From positions 36,580,001 through 36,644,000 of the forward strand of contig NC_091287.1 in the NCBI RefSeq assembly GCF_032444005.1: DNA of 64,000 nt, given 5' to 3'. The notes beneath the pieces are model-generated. The model did no database searches, had not been told where the DNA came from, and saw nothing but the letters and a program-made list of their open reading frames with translations. This document shows positions 13,405-27,116 of the stretch, piece by piece. The translations under genes and the position numbers were made by a program. This DNA comes from Ranitomeya imitator. Its lineage: Eukaryota. Every line of letters begins with the position of its first letter. The stretch's first letter is position 1.

Positions 13405-13820
13405 TAGCAGGCAAGTAGTTGGTACTCACCTGCCTGTTGTGCACCACGCCGCTCTTCCCTGGCATAGAGAGGTCCCAGATCGCTCTTGCCAGCGATTCAG
13501 CTGCCTCTGCTGACGTCATGTCGACAGAGTAGCGCGGATTCTTCTCCACTCTGTCGACAAGGCTGGACTTCCAACGTCATTCTGATTGACAGCTGGATTC
13601 CCGCTGCCTAACTGGGGCAGCCGGCTGTCAATCAGAATGATGTCTGAAGTCCTGCCCAGTCAACAGAGCAGGGCGGATAAGAAGCCGCCATTCTGTCAAT
13701 GTGACATCAGCACAGGCAGCTGAATCGCTGGCAAGAGCAGTCTGTTACCTCTCTGTGTCGGGGAAGATCAGCGTTGTGAGCAGCTGTTAGGTACAGTAAG
13801 TAGCAACTACCTACCTGTTT
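13405..13820. mobile_element. Palindromic MITE
   Basis: Long imperfect inverted arms, e.g. CGCTCTTGCCAGCGATTCAGCTGCC versus GGCAGCTGAATCGCTGGCAAGAGC. Confidence 0.75.
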
Positions 13821-13910
13821 GATGCCTCTTTCAATCTCTGTGTAATCCATTGACACCGAAAGACGATATACGGTAGGTAGATCACTGACGGTAATACCTG
13901 TGTGTTACAG

Positions 13911-14027
13911 GGCGCTGCGTCCTCCAGGCTGGCTGTCTCAGTGGCATTGCGGTGTCAGAGTGTCTTCCAACAAGAAATTAGTCGGTTTTATAAGCGCTGT
14001 TCCAGCGACGATCCGTATTTATGACAA
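13911..14027 (+). CDS. NMT2: NMT2 exon 6
   Basis: CAG/GTAAGT, 117 nt; [38 protein letters not shown]. Confidence 0.97.
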
Positions 14028-14180
14028 GTAAGTGTTAGTGTTCTTATATTAATCTTCTGACTGTACTGCTTCATAAAATACGTCTCGCTGTACTGTCAGA
14101 GCCTTTCTTGGGGGGACGCTGGGGGTTTAGCGGGGTCATGGTGGGGGGAACGCTGAGAAACGCTGCTGTCGATCATGTAG

Positions 14181-14474
<294 letters not shown>

Positions 14475-14476
14475 TA

Positions 14477-14843
14477 AAGGAGTATTCCCATCTCCAATAT
14501 CCCATCCCAATATATGTAGTAGGTGTAATAATAACAATAATATTACCTAATACGTCAAATTAGAAATTTTGCATAGTTCTTCTGATTCTCTATGTTGCTT
14601 ACCCAATGTGCAGGGCATTGCAGTAGCTTAGGTATCCATGGTTACAACCAGTAACAACTCGCTAACTCACTATATGAGAGGTTGTAACCATGGATACCTA
14701 AGCTACTGCAATGCACATGGTGTAAGCAACACAGTGAATCAGAGGAACTATACTACATTTCTAATTGGGGGTATTTGCTAATATTATTAATTATTATTAC
14801 ACCTACTACATATTAAGTAGCATGGAGATGGAAATACCACTTT
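14477..14843. mobile_element. T2/Kolobok-like palindromic MITE
   Basis: AAGGAGTATTCCCATCTCCA ... TGGAGATGGAAATACCACTT terminal inverted repeats; internal arms CATTGCAGTAGCTTAGGTATCCATGGTTACAACC and its reverse complement. Confidence 0.7.
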
Positions 14844-15929
14844 ATTACACTCAGTGAATTTAATGGGAGAAGGCCCTTCATTAATGAGCATATTGTGTGT
14901 GTATTCTAAAGAATTTCTAAATAACTTTTTTTTTTTAAACTACCACCCCTACTATACTAACAGTGTAGTCCTGTATGTTGAAAAAAATACAAATGAAAAA
15001 ATCCTAATATAATAATGATGCCATTTGTGCCTAAAAAGTTGTATCGACCCAAACAAAATTTTAACAGATTTTTATTTTAAGGGTTTCTCTCTGTAATGTC
15101 ATAAACAGAAATCAGTAGTAGAAGCGCATAAAAGAAACTTTGTAATTTATATTAGCAGAGAAATATTTCTCCATTTCTCCTCCTCCTCCCCACCTCCTGA
15201 ACTCACCATCCATTCTAAAAAAAACTGGTAAAATCTGTATTGCTCAAGACTTTATGGGCTGCCAGCTCACCGAGGAATCAAAATACAGATATCAAATGAG
15301 AGTGAAAGCAGAGAGGACCAGAGTGAGGGAAAGGAGTAGAAAGATGGTGCTGGAATCACATATACACTGCTCACTACTACAATATAATGTCCTCCATGCT
15401 GCTGTTTCTGGACATGTGCTACCTAGAAAGGAAGAATTCCTCATGTCTGTGTGTGCTGTGTATGGGAGACATCATAGCAGCTAGTCTATAGCCACTAGCT
15501 TAGAGACATCTGAAAAATGCAGGATACGAAACATGTAGTGGCCAGAAATTGTTATTCGTCATGTGCACACTCAGGACGGCTTATTCTGAAAATATACCTG
15601 AAATTACAGGTGTGTTTTAAAAATGTTTTATCTATTTTTTGGTTAGGCCATCATTGTTAGATTGTGGATCCGGCTCTCTCTCTCCGTTTAAAGGCGCCAC
15701 AGCGCTCCTAAAGTCCCACACAAGGCCTTTAATAATAGTAATAATGTTAAGACTATTTCTAAGTTTCCTAACTTTTTTCAGACAGTGTAAGGCTTTATAC
15801 AGTTGTATCTGTATTATAGTCACAAACTGCATTCACTCTAAAGACTTTAGAGCGGATATCTACACCTGGGTTATTTGTGGATGTAACAAAATGTAAAAAA
15901 AAAGCCGTACGATATAGGAGCTAAGCTGT

Positions 15930-17439
15930 TTGGGATGTCTCTAAAAACAAGTCTGTTAATTGTTTCCAGTGATGTCCATAAATTAAGTTTTGAGAAATGA
16001 TGCGGTGAAAGTATTGAACACATTAAAAACAGAGAAGGGCAGAAAGCTGTGGAAAGTCTTGACACCAGCTGATATCTACCAGTGAGTTGTCTCAAGACCT
16101 TCACAACCTTATTGTTGCAAAAAATACTGATGATTACAGAAGAATTCCTAAAGTACAGAAGGTTCCAGTGAGCACTGTTGGGGCCATAGAATATTAATTT
16201 CACCATAAACCAGCCACAGCCAGGTGCTCACCCCAAGATTTCAGACAGATGAGTGAAAAGACTTACCAGAAAAGTTGTCCAAGAGCCAAGGACCACCTTT
16301 AGAAAGCTACATAAAGACCTGGAATCAGCAGCTACAACTGTTTCAAAGTGCTCACAGTTAAGTGCCAGAAAAATACCGTTCCTATAAAATGTAAATCTTA
16401 ATTGGTATTCATTAAAAATACCCCTTTTAAATAAAATAGAAATATATTTATATTGTTAAAGACCTTCAATCCAAATAGGATCAATAATACAGACAATCAC
16501 CCCTATAGAGAGAAACCCAAAAACGTGCATATTATTCTAAGTTCCACTTGTCCTGTGGCAGGTGAAAGTGTGGTTCATAGTTGCGGGGTTGATGTCCCCT
16601 TTGTATTTTCATGTGACATCAAGCCAAGCAGTGTCTAAAAGACACCCCTCCATTACTAACCCCACAGTCATATTGTCAGTAAAGAACACCCAGAATAAAG
16701 TCCTTTATTTGAAATAAAAATACACACCGTTTTACAAATTTATTTAAAAATAGCAAACACTGTTATACTCACTTAACACCTATTTCATTGAAGCCCTTGT
16801 CTCCTGTAAAAAAAAAAAAGAAAAAGATAACCAAATTCTTCACCTGTCAGACATACTGTCCATGTCTGTGATAATTGTTTTTCAACCTGCATGGTGCCAA
16901 GATGCGACTGTCCAGGCTGAGAACAACTGGGATAATGAGCTTCTGCGAGCGCAGCGTCAGTGACTAGCGGTAACATCATCGACGTTACCACGGGTCACTG
17001 AGACTGCTTTCTAGCACACTTCAGTGTGAGCTGGGCCAATGAACTTTGGTGACCTCAGTGAAATCACCACCAGCACCGTGAGAAAAAGTCTCAGGGAGCA
17101 GCGCTGAGCTCGGTGAGTTTACTGTAAGAAAATTTCTCACGGTGAACTGCGATGAACTCAGGAGGTTTCTCCATACAGGAGGCGTCTTGAAGCTTCATCA
17201 CCAACAAAGGCTTTAGTACGAAGTATTAATTAAATATCAGTAAGCGTGTTCAATACTTTTTTCCGGTGTCATTTCTCATTATTACACATAATTTATGGAC
17301 ATCTATGGATGATTTATCTGCCTGTGTGGATTGGTTGGGTTGTTACCGACATCTATTGAGAATTTCATGTCAATAGCATCACTAGAAATATATTTACTTA
17401 AAAAACAGGTGACGTATTCAATACTTATTTTACCTACTG
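15930..17439 (+). mobile_element. Decayed Tc1 transposon relic with an internal MITE
   Basis: 16080-16360 gives frameshifted Tc1 N-terminal peptide (ELSQDLHNLIVAK...VPVSTVGAI...RKVVQEPRTT...KDLESA); IR-like GTGTTCAATACTT motifs at about 16010 (reverse), 17245 and 17415. Confidence 0.65.
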
Positions 17440-17908
17440 CAGATATGGCTCTTCCCATTCCATTTTTACATTTTATTTTGCCCAGTTCCTGTGCATTTTT
17501 AGATATTTTTTTTGGAGAAGCCACAAGTGCGAAAGCAAAATATCGAAAAAAAAAAATTCCTTAATTCTAAAGGGACGATCTGCAAATATTATTTGTAGCT
17601 GGTGGGGGCGAGCCTTTCCTGTGTGCCGATTATTGCTTGTTTGCACATTCATGGGAACCTGTCACAGAAAGCAGCAGTGATGGAAAAATGGCTCATACAA
17701 AGGACCTTTATATGGTGGAGAAAAAAACTGTGCTGCCAAATTTCTTTTCATACGGTCTCCGGCATTACGTATGAGGCCATCATTTCCTATATACAATGAG
17801 TGTAGGCTATATACGGCACGCTACGTCTTTTATTCAGCGCAGATTTTTTATTTTTTTTTTTACGAGCTCACACTTTCAATAAATCTCGTCTATACATTTA
17901 TATACATA

Positions 17909-19538
17909 CTAGATGGTGGCCTGATTCTAACGCATCAGGTATTCTAGAATATGCATATCCACGTCGTATATTGCATAGCTACGTAGTATATTGCCCAGTC
18001 ACGTAGTATATTGCCCAGCCACGTAGTATATTGCCCAGCCACGTAGTATATTGCCCAGCCACGTAGTATATTGCCCAGCCACGTAGTATATTGCCTAGTG
18101 ACGTAGTATATTGCTGAGCTACGTAGTATATTGCCCAGCCACGCAGTATATTGCCCAGCCACGTAGTATATTGCCCAGCCACGCAGTATATTGCCCAGCC
18201 ACGCAGTATATTGCCCAGCCACGTAGTATATTGCCCAGCCACGCAGTATATTGCCCAGCCACGCAGTATATTGCCCAGCCACGTAGTATATTGCCCAGCC
18301 ACGCAGTATATTGCCCAGCCACGTAGTATATTGCCCAGCCACGTAGTATATTGCCCAGCCACGCAGTATATTGCCCAGCCACGCAGTATATTGCCCAGCC
18401 ACGCAGTATATTGCCCAGCCACGCAGTATATTGCCCAGCCACGCAGTATATTGCCCAGCCACGCAGTATATTGCCCAGTCACGTAGTATATTGCCCAGCC
18501 ACGCAGTATATTGCCCAGCCACGTAGTATATTGGCCAGCCACGTAGTATATTGGCCAGCCACGTAGTATATTGGCCAGCCACGTAGTATATTGGCCAGCC
18601 ACGTAGTATATTGGCCAGCCACGTAGTATATTGGCCAGCCACGTAGTATATTGCCCAGCCACGTAGTATATTGCCCAGTCACGTAGTATATTGCCCAGCC
18701 ACGTAGTATATTGGCCAGCCACGTAGTATATTGGCCAGCCACGTAGTATATTGGCCAGCCACGTAGTATATTGCCCAGCCACGTAGTATATTGCCCAGTC
18801 ACGTAGTATATTGCCCAGCCACGTAGTATATTGCCCAGCCACGTAGTATATTGCCCAGCCACGTAGTATATTGGCCAGCCACGTAGTATATTGCCCAGCC
18901 ACGTATGTAACAGGTTAAAAAATAAACATATACTCACCTTCCGAGGGCCCCTTGTAGTCATGTCGCCTGTGTGCAGTGCACTCGGCAGCTTCCGGTCCCA
19001 GGGTTGGTATGAGCGCAGGACCTGTGATGACGTCGCGGTCACATGACCGTGACGTCATGGAAGGTCCTTCTTGCATACCATCCTTGGCCCCGGAACCTGC
19101 CACTTGCACTGCCGAGGAGAGGACGCGACGACGGAGGGTGAGATTAGCAGGTTTTTTGTTTATTTATTATTTTTAACTTTACATTTTTTTTTTTTTTACT
19201 ATTGATGCCGCATAGGCAGCATCAATAGTAAAAAGTTGGGGACCCACAGGGTTAATAGCTGCGGTTACGGAGTGCGTTACCTGCGGCATAGCACGGTCCG
19301 TTACCACCGGCATTAACCCTGTGTGAGCGGTGACTGGAGGGGAGTATGGAACGGGCGCCGGGCACTGACTGCGGGGAGTAAGGAGCGGCCATTTTCTTCC
19401 GGACTGTGCCCGTCGCTGATTGGCCATGGCTGTTTTGCCGCGACCAATCAGCAACTTGGATTTCCATGAAAACAGAGGCCGTGACCAATGAATATCCGTG
19501 ACAGACAGACAGAAGTGACCCTTAGACAATTATATAGA
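17909..19538 (-). mobile_element. Complete non-autonomous Helitron B (1630 bp) with 20-bp minisatellite, in NMT2 intron 7
   Basis: On - strand: A|TCTATATAATTGTCTAAGGG ... 3' hairpin ... CATCTAG|T, no TSD. Array (ACGTAGTATATTGCCCAGCC)n at about 17960-18902 is the reverse complement of array A. Confidence 0.9.
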
Positions 19539-20615
19539 TTTTGTGTACCAGTTGACCTACAGCGCAGATTATTACGCCTGCAGCAGGTCAATCCTGTGTA
19601 TGGATTTTACCCTTCGCAATGGAACGGCTGAAATTTGCACCAATTCCGCAGCAAAATCTGCAGGTATCGCACACGGATTTTGCTGCAGATATGCAGCCGT
19701 ATCGATGGAAGAGCCTCATAAATTGCCTTATACCTAGCATGCCGCCGCCTCATTTTTGGATACATCCACGCGGGACGTATCCGTTAAAAATTCACTAAAT
19801 GTGCAGATTCTGCTGCTGCAGATTTCACCCCCTTTGCAGCAGGGGATATGCAAATGATCATTTTGACAGGTCCTGCAGCGATGACGTCACGTACATCATT
19901 CACACGGCCTTTGCAGTCAATCGCTGCCACATGAGACCTCTTCGGTAAGTGATTGTCTGCAGTGGTCACGTGAACGATGGATGTGAAAATAGCGATGCAA
20001 CATGGCTTTGCAGAATTTAGCATTTCCTCTAGGGTTAGTTATAGTAAGATACTGTTAAATGTATTGGTTTCTATAGGCTGTACAGTACACTGCCTTTATT
20101 TACAGCACAGACTTGTTTTAGGTCCCAGCAGGAAGCATAAAGCAGATAGAGGATTAATTGGCGTTGTATTGGATTGGTCCCCATTAATCCCTATTTCTGG
20201 ATTTCTGGATTCATTGGTGTTTTAGTCGCCTCATTATTTGGATAAAGAACCACTTTCCCGCTCCCCCGCCGGGGTCTGAAGATCCAATTTTCTGCCATTT
20301 CTGTTTTTCACTGTTGGCCTTTGTGTGGTTCACAAATAACCCTTGGGCCCGGGCTCAGTATACCGATGCCGTATGCTTCGGGGGGTAGGGGGGATCACGG
20401 TTTGGCAATGAAGACGTTTCTAAAAGTAGATTTCAGACGAAAAGGAAAACTTTGTATGCGGAAGTCGTCCTGAGATACAAAGAGCGTGTTTTACCAACAG
20501 TGTGCCTGAACTGAGAATCTAGGGCTTGTGCCGCCCGCCTCGGCGTCTCCGCAGGTTAACCTCCGCCTTGCTGGTACAGGGGAGCGATAATCATATATTT
20601 TTTTTTTTCCTGCAG

Positions 20616-20724
20616 GTACTGGCATCGCTCCCTGAACCCTAGAAAACTGGTAGAGGTGAAGTTCTCGCACCTTAGTCGGAATATGACGTTACAGAGGACG
20701 ATGAAGCTGTACAGACTGCCAGAT
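20616..20724 (+). CDS. NMT2: NMT2 exon 8
   Basis: CAG/GTAAGT, 109 nt; [36 protein letters not shown]. Confidence 0.98.
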
Positions 20725-20909
20725 GTAAGTAGCCACAGCTTGTTCTACTTCCACCAGTAACCACCCTGGAGACCATTTTGGATCAATTTTCAGGTGCTTA
20801 GCCCCTTCCCAACATAGGAAGTACTGATCTGTCCTATGTCGGATGCTCCTATGTGGACCAGGCTCTGGAGCTGAGCCTGCATCGGACACAGAGGGGGCTG
20901 GCTGTGTCA

Positions 20910-21230
20910 TACACTTAGGATAAAATATAACTTTTAATAGATACGGCAATAAAATAGAAATAAACCAAATAAAGTGCAAGGGACAAACAACACAAAAGTG
21001 GTGAAAACACACAAAAAAATAAGGAAAATCAGTAGCCTATATTTCCTTTACAATTCCTGTAAACACATAGTGATCGACACTCCCATAACAGAACCATCAA
21101 AGCCTCAATGGCAAGGATCAATACGACATATGGGCAAATACCCGAAACATAGCGAGTACGTCAATAGTTACTGTATTCCTCCTCCCGACGCGTTTTGTCA
21201 CTCCTAATCAGGGGAGTACTTCGGGGCTAA
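20910..21230 (-). mobile_element. Possible decayed Penelope-like pseudo-LTR
   Basis: Degenerate hammerhead-like CTCCC-CTGATTA...AAAACGCGTC-GGGAG at 21182-21216 (-), followed downstream by ATTAAA (about 20935). Confidence 0.4.
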
Positions 21231-21630
21231 TGCGACCTTGTCACTAAAGAAGTCGCCTTTACGACCATTCTCTTGACTTTGCCATATTTCTAAATTACGG
21301 TAAATGTCACAGTCGGCAATCCCCCGGCCAGTCCAGGTATTTGACGCGTTATTTTTGTGCTTGCGAGAATACTTGATTTGCAGTTGTGCGCTCTTATGTG
21401 GGATTCATAAATCTTGGAGAAACTGGCATTTAGTGATTTTGGAGAATCCACTTTAGATATCCAGTTAGTTATTAGTTGTGATGAACTATCTACATTGTTC
21501 TTATTTCATTAGTTTACTGCACAAAAGCCGCAATTGTGTAAATTTCTTGGGATAAAAACCCTTAAATTTGCAATGAGGGTCAAATAATTTTGATAATTTA
21601 TTTATTTTTTTTTACCGTCCTAATAATAAG

Positions 21631-21801
21631 GCTACAAAGACTGCCGGGCTAAGAACAATGGAGAAGAAGGACATCCCGATGGTCCAGCAGTTATTAAACA
21701 GCTACCTGAGTCAGTTCCACCTCGCTCCGGTCATGGATGAAGAGGAGATTTCACATTGGTTTTTCCCTCAGGACAGCATCATTGATACGTTTGTGGTGGA
21801 G
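21631..21801 (+). CDS. NMT2: NMT2 exon 9
   Basis: AAG/GTAAGT, 171 nt; [57 protein letters not shown]. Confidence 0.95.
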
Positions 21802-22057
21802 GTAAGTGTCTGTTCCGTCAGTCAGTCGTCTCGGTGCCAGGATCAGATCTCATCAAGGGAGAGGGTTCACCACTTGTAGCCCTGACCGCTACCGTCCCTA
21901 TGAAGACCCCTGGGACCGTCACTCTCTTGTAGGTCCTGTCCTAATAGAAACTTGTGCAGATTCCTTCCATAAAAAGGCACAGTGTAATGAATCGTGCCAT
22001 AAACATCCAGGGAACACCCTGGTTGACCTCTTCCCTGTGTGCACCCTTTCTTCGCAG

Positions 22058-22225
22058 AGCTCTCCAGGCGTATTGACGGACTTCTTCAGTTTTTACACAT
22101 TACCTTCCACGGTCATGCATCATCCGGTGCACAAAACTCTCAAAGCCGCTTATTCCTTCTATAACGTCCACACGGAGACGCCCCTGCTGGACTTAATGAA
22201 CGATGCACTGATTATCGCCAAATTA
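22058..22225 (+). CDS. NMT2: NMT2 exon 10
   Basis: CAG/GTAAGT, 168 nt; [56 protein letters not shown]. Confidence 0.97.
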
Positions 22226-22917
22226 GTAAGTGGATTTTCCGCTATTTTTTTTTCCCCCTCCTATTGAGATGTGTTCTTTAATAATTGTTGCAAGGAGAAT
22301 CCAGCAAACGCTTATTGTCAAACCTTAATCGTGTGAATCCTGCCGGAGGAAAAACATTGCAAATATTTCTATCGGAATTTTGCAATGTTCACCATGAACA
22401 TCAGTGATTTGACTGCAGGGTGGGAGTGTGCCCTAAGGGGGCTGCCAGGTATCGACCCATTCATTGCTCAGGCCCTTCTATAAAGTTGATATTTGAAGTA
22501 TATATTTGAGTTGACTTTGAGGTACATGGAGTCTTAAGGGGGGTCTGATTTATGATCTCTGAGGGGCCGTCCATTCAGACCGTCACTAATCAGACCCCAG
22601 GGGTCCCAAATGTTTCAGTATGAATGAAGGGTTATTGAGCATGTGCAACCACTGTCAATGGGAGTGATGGTCGCACATGCTCAGTAATGCTTTCTTAAAA
22701 CAGGGGAGTTTAAGACCCCTGTTCTTGCTTTTTTAAAACGGGAGTTTAAGACCCCTGTCCTTTTAATTGGTTGGGATCCTGGCACATGGATGCCTATCTA
22801 TCCTGTGAACAAGTGATACATGTTGTCTTTAGGACGAGTTCCAAATTCTGCTTGTTTCCTGGTGCCAGAATGGGGTCTTCTTCAGCAAGTGATGGCTTCT
22901 TGCAAGGTCATCACTTA

Positions 22918-23343
22918 AAGGGGCTGTCCACTACTAGGGCACTCCCTTCGTGATCAAAATGTTTGACCTCATAAAATAATAAAGCCTATAGTCGTCTCCC
23001 GTGCTGGCGCCATTCCTGCAGTGTCGGCGGTCGCTCTACTCGAGGTTCGCGTGCTGTGTTGTGACACATGAGCCTGGCCGCCAGTCAGCACTGGCATTGT
23101 GGTCTACGTCTCCGGACAAATCGAACGTGAAGAGGAAGGTCGGGCTGCAGAAGATCCCTGGCTTCCTCTTCATGTTCGATTTGTCCGAAGGCGAAGGCAG
23201 TGACGCCAACGTTAATTGGGCACCGGTGTCACAACACCGCATGCGAGCCCCGGGGAGAGTGCTGACACCGCGGGTACGGTGCCGGAGGTGAGTATAAACT
23301 TTATTGCGGTGTGAGAAGTTGTCCAAGTAGTGGACAACTTCTT
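22918..23343. mobile_element. T2/Kolobok-like MITE
   Basis: TTAA-AGGGGCTGTCCACTACT ... AGTAGTGGACAACTTCTT inverted ends; internal palindromes. Confidence 0.65.
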
Positions 23344-23635
23344 CGATGATGGCCGGTTGTCTGTCCTCTGGGGAAACCACCAATCCTAAGACTGAAGGGG
23401 GCGCTACATGCTCTTCATGGAGGATCGGAAAACCAGCGATTATTACATGATGACAGATCTTACTGATATGGGATTGTGGGTTTATGAGGCACATCTTGGG
23501 TCAGGAAAAGGACTTCTTACAAGTCAGGGATAAGTCTTGATTATGGCCGTAGAAACTTAGGAGGACAAAAGTGTAAAAACTGCATTGTGTGAATTCTAAA
23601 TCGAATTATTCAACTTATTCCCGTTTCTCGTGCAG

Positions 23636-23773
23636 AAAGGGTTTGATGTTTTCAACGCTCTGGATCTGATGGAAAACAAAACTTTCTTGGAAAAACTAAA
23701 GTTTGGCATAGGAGATGGCAATCTGCAATACTACTTGTTCAACTGGAGATGCCCAGCTATGGAGTCTGAAAAG
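23636..23773 (+). CDS. NMT2: NMT2 exon 11
   Basis: CAG/GTGAGA, 138 nt; [46 protein letters not shown] (NMT signature KFGxGDG). Confidence 0.98.
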
Positions 23774-23904
23774 GTGAGAGTAGAGCTACAATGGGCAGGA
23801 ACATCTCACCCGGAGGCTGAGATCCAGGGAGACGCTTGGTGGGATCTACGCGCTATAGAATACCCTTAGCGGTTCCCAACTTGCCTCTGAATTTTAGGAG
23901 ATAA

Positions 23905-24302
23905 GGCTACTTTCACACTGGCGTTTTTTGCAATACGTCGCAATGCGTCGTTTAGGGGAAAAACGCATCCTGCAAAGTTGTTTGCAGGATGCGTTTTTGC
24001 CCCATAGATTAACATTAGCGACGCATTGACACACGTTGCAACCGTCGTGCGACGGTTGCGACGTGTTGTGGCGGTCCGCCGGGAGCAAAAAACGTTACAT
24101 GTAACGTTTTTTGCTGCTGACGGACCGCTTTTTCCGACCGCGCATGCGCGGCCAGAACTCCGCCCCCACCTCCCCGCACCTTACAATGGAGCAGCGGATG
24201 CGCAGGAAAAATGCATCCGCTGCCTCCGTTTCACTGCTAGCGTCGGAACCTCGGCCCGACGCACTGCGACGGGCCGAGTCCGACGCTAGTGTGAAAGTAG
24301 CC
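23905..24302. mobile_element. PIF/Harbinger (Tourist-like) MITE
   Basis: TIR GGCTACTTTCACACT / AGTGTGAAAGTAGCC with 3-bp TSD TAA; same family as 57159-57566. Confidence 0.9.
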
Positions 24303-25317
24303 TAAGGTCACAATTTTTTTGCTTTCAAGGGTCAAGGAACCAAAAAAATGACTATTTTCCTAGAAGCATTTATTTCACCTTTCCTTATCACATACTGACC
24401 TCAGACAATTAAAATAGGTTTGGGGAGAAGGAACAGGGCTGTATCTCTGGCTGGGTAGTAATTAAAGGGGTATACCACCATTAAATCAGTGTTAAAACAA
24501 AAAAATGGTCTAGTGAAGAATGACATTTACATAGTTTGGCGCCACCTGGTGTTCATAGTGTATGGCATGGTGCACGTCCACCTACTGAGCTGAGTGCTGG
24601 TGGTCACACATGCTCAGTTCACTCTCTCCACAGCTAGGTGACTACAAAGTGATCCACATACACTACAGACCAGCTTTCTGTTTGTTTGTTTGTTTGTTTG
24701 TTTGTTTGGGAAAGAGCAGAGTCTCTGAAGTAGCATAGCCTTGTGGCTTTGCGGGTGAAGTAATGAAATGGCTTTATTGTTAACTTCCAGAGGGGGAAGA
24801 GGACTGATTCTGTTCAAAGCTTTGCCCCCAGGAGCTTAGGGGATATATGAAAGCAAATGAAAACCATTTTTTTTTTTTGCTAGAAAAATATAGCATCAGC
24901 CTTTCCATACAAGATGTCAGAGATGACAGGAGTCCAGTTCTGTTCAGTGTGTGCCTCTTAGGAGCACAAATTACCAGCTTAACATAGGAGGTACATGAAG
25001 GCAAAATAATGATGCAAAACCCTTATGTTAGAAACATAGTAAATTACTATAAAATAAGTGCTAACTGCCTTTCACGACCATTATCAGCTGCCAGAGGTGG
25101 AAGGAGTGAGTGTCCAGTGAGTGGCCTTATGAACACAGATTAGCAGCAGAACATAGGAGATACATGACAGCAAATTAATGATACAAAATCCTTATGCTAG
25201 AAACATAGTGAATTACTTTAAAACAGCTGTGAACTGCCTTTTAAAATGATCAGCTGCCAGAAGTGGAAGGAGACCAATTCTGCCTATTGAGAACTATCTT
25301 TTTAATTCTTTTTTCAG

Positions 25318-25338
25318 GTCGGCCTGGTGTTACAGTAA
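25318..25338 (+). CDS. NMT2: NMT2 exon 12 (terminal, VGLVLQ*)
   Basis: Polypyrimidine tract plus CAG, then GTC GGC CTG GTG TTA CAG TAA, the invariant NMT C-terminus. Confidence 0.96.
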   Translation, partial: VGLVLQ

Positions 25339-25745
25339 ACTCCGCCATAGTAGACCGCCTCAGTCATTCGACGCATGGGTCAGGAGCTGCTCTTCAGGAG
25401 AGTCAAGCACAAAGCGAAGCCGTTGCTGGAGCCGCCAGGTGGTGTGAGGGGAAACGAAGCAGCGGCCTGGACAGCTTTGCCACCACACAGACATTATACA
25501 GCGCCGTCGTCATCGTCTCCTCCTGGCGCACATCCTTTTATGTACAGAACTAAAACCAACGAGAAAAATCTACCCCACAGAGAGAAAAATACGGAAGCAC
25601 ACATTCCTTTTCCTCTAAGCTTGGGAAGATCTAACTTTTCAAGGACATGACAGATCATGTGATCTTCTTTTCACCATCATTTTTTTTTTTTTTTTAGTTT
25701 TTTTTTTTTTATATATATACGGATCGGACTGCAGATTGCATGTGA

Positions 25746-25751
25746 AATAAA
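25746..25751 (+). terminator. NMT2: Candidate NMT2 polyadenylation signal AATAAA
   Basis: First AATAAA about 410 nt after the stop; further AATAAA near 25809, 26188 and 26345 are alternatives. Confidence 0.5.
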
Positions 25752-26837
25752 CTTTTCAGATTTGGCGATGCACCGTCGAATGCAGCATCTAAGACCATGT
25801 GGTTATCAAAGGGCCAAAAATAAGTTATGTACAATGGATCTCGGGCCAATTTTTGCCCAGGTGCCTGTAAGATTAGTTCCCTTCCCATTTTTTTTTTTTT
25901 TTTTTTTTTTTGCTTTTAAAGCTTTATTTTGTGTCATTTTAATACCGGAAATCAGTCGCCGCCGGGGAACGGTCAGTCCGAGGAAAAGATCGCAGGATCT
26001 CTATAATTGGGAAAACGAAAATCTTGTTGTTTGTGATAGAAGAATGGGTAGATACACGGGCGAGCTAGTGTGATGTCATAGTGAATCCGATAAGAACATT
26101 CATGGTGTGATCGCGGTGTCGCCTTCTCATGCACTTCCCCTGCAAAAGTATTACTTCCTTTCAGAGCTTTAAGGAAAGCGTATTTGAAATAAAAAAGATA
26201 AAAAATGTCACTTTTGTCACATATTCCTACGTCAAACCATGTATCGGATCATGATCTCTGACTATGTCCCCATGACAACCCTTCCTTTCCCCATGCTTTT
26301 TCTTTGGGTATCATAAAAGCCAAACACATCTGGGTTGAGAAAAAATAAAGCTGGATTCTAATTAGTAACGATGAGGTTCTGAGTCCCTGGTAAGGTGGTC
26401 AGGAAGTGTTATCATGGGGTCACAGAATGGCTTGTGGCTAGTCTGATCCACACGCAGCATGAATCAGACACTGTGTATGAGTTCAGTGTTCTAAGTTTTA
26501 CTCTGGAACGCCGCTGCAGTGCTCGTCTAATCCTAATAGCGTGCAATAGACATACTGTTAGGATTCGGCTCTGCTTTTCCATTTCAGCAATAATCGCATA
26601 CTTAAGGCCACACGCCGACTAGATTCGCATCTGCTGCTCTCAATAGCATGCTGAGCAAAGGGGATGAGAATATAGTCGGCATCTGACTGCAAATATGGAA
26701 ATCACATAGTGGCAGGGACTTGATGAATGGTGAAACCCAAGTGGAGCTGAATCCTAACAGTGTGTGTATTGAAAGATTACTTGAATGAAGTTTCAACAAA
26801 TATGACAGCTTGAAAAAAAAAAGGAATGGGTAAGCAG

Positions 26838-27116
26838 TAGTGATAAGCGAACGTGCTCGGATAAGGTGTTATCTAAGCATGCTCATGTGCTAAGTGTCTT
26901 CAGTGTAGAGTCCACAAGGCTGCATGTCTCACTGCTGTTCCGACAGCCGAGGAATTGCCGAAGAAGTAATCCCTGCATGTGTTGCGGCTATCAAACAGCC
27001 CAAGAGACATGCAGGTGTGAGGTCTCAAACATATTATTCGAGCACACCGAAATCACTCGGTTAGCGCCTGAGCATGCTCAGATAACACCTTATCCCAGCA
27101 CGACCGCTCATCACTA
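26838..27116. mobile_element. Palindromic MITE
   Basis: TAGTGATAAGCG...GATAAGGTGTTATCTAAGCATGCTC versus GAGCATGCTCAGATAACACCTTATC...CGCTCATCACTA. Confidence 0.8.

Noticed and set aside
15505-15550. Hammerhead-like CTGAAAAA...CGAAACATGTA
   Set aside because: The core lacks G8, there is no helix II and no adjacent helix I; it lies in a MITE-like end.
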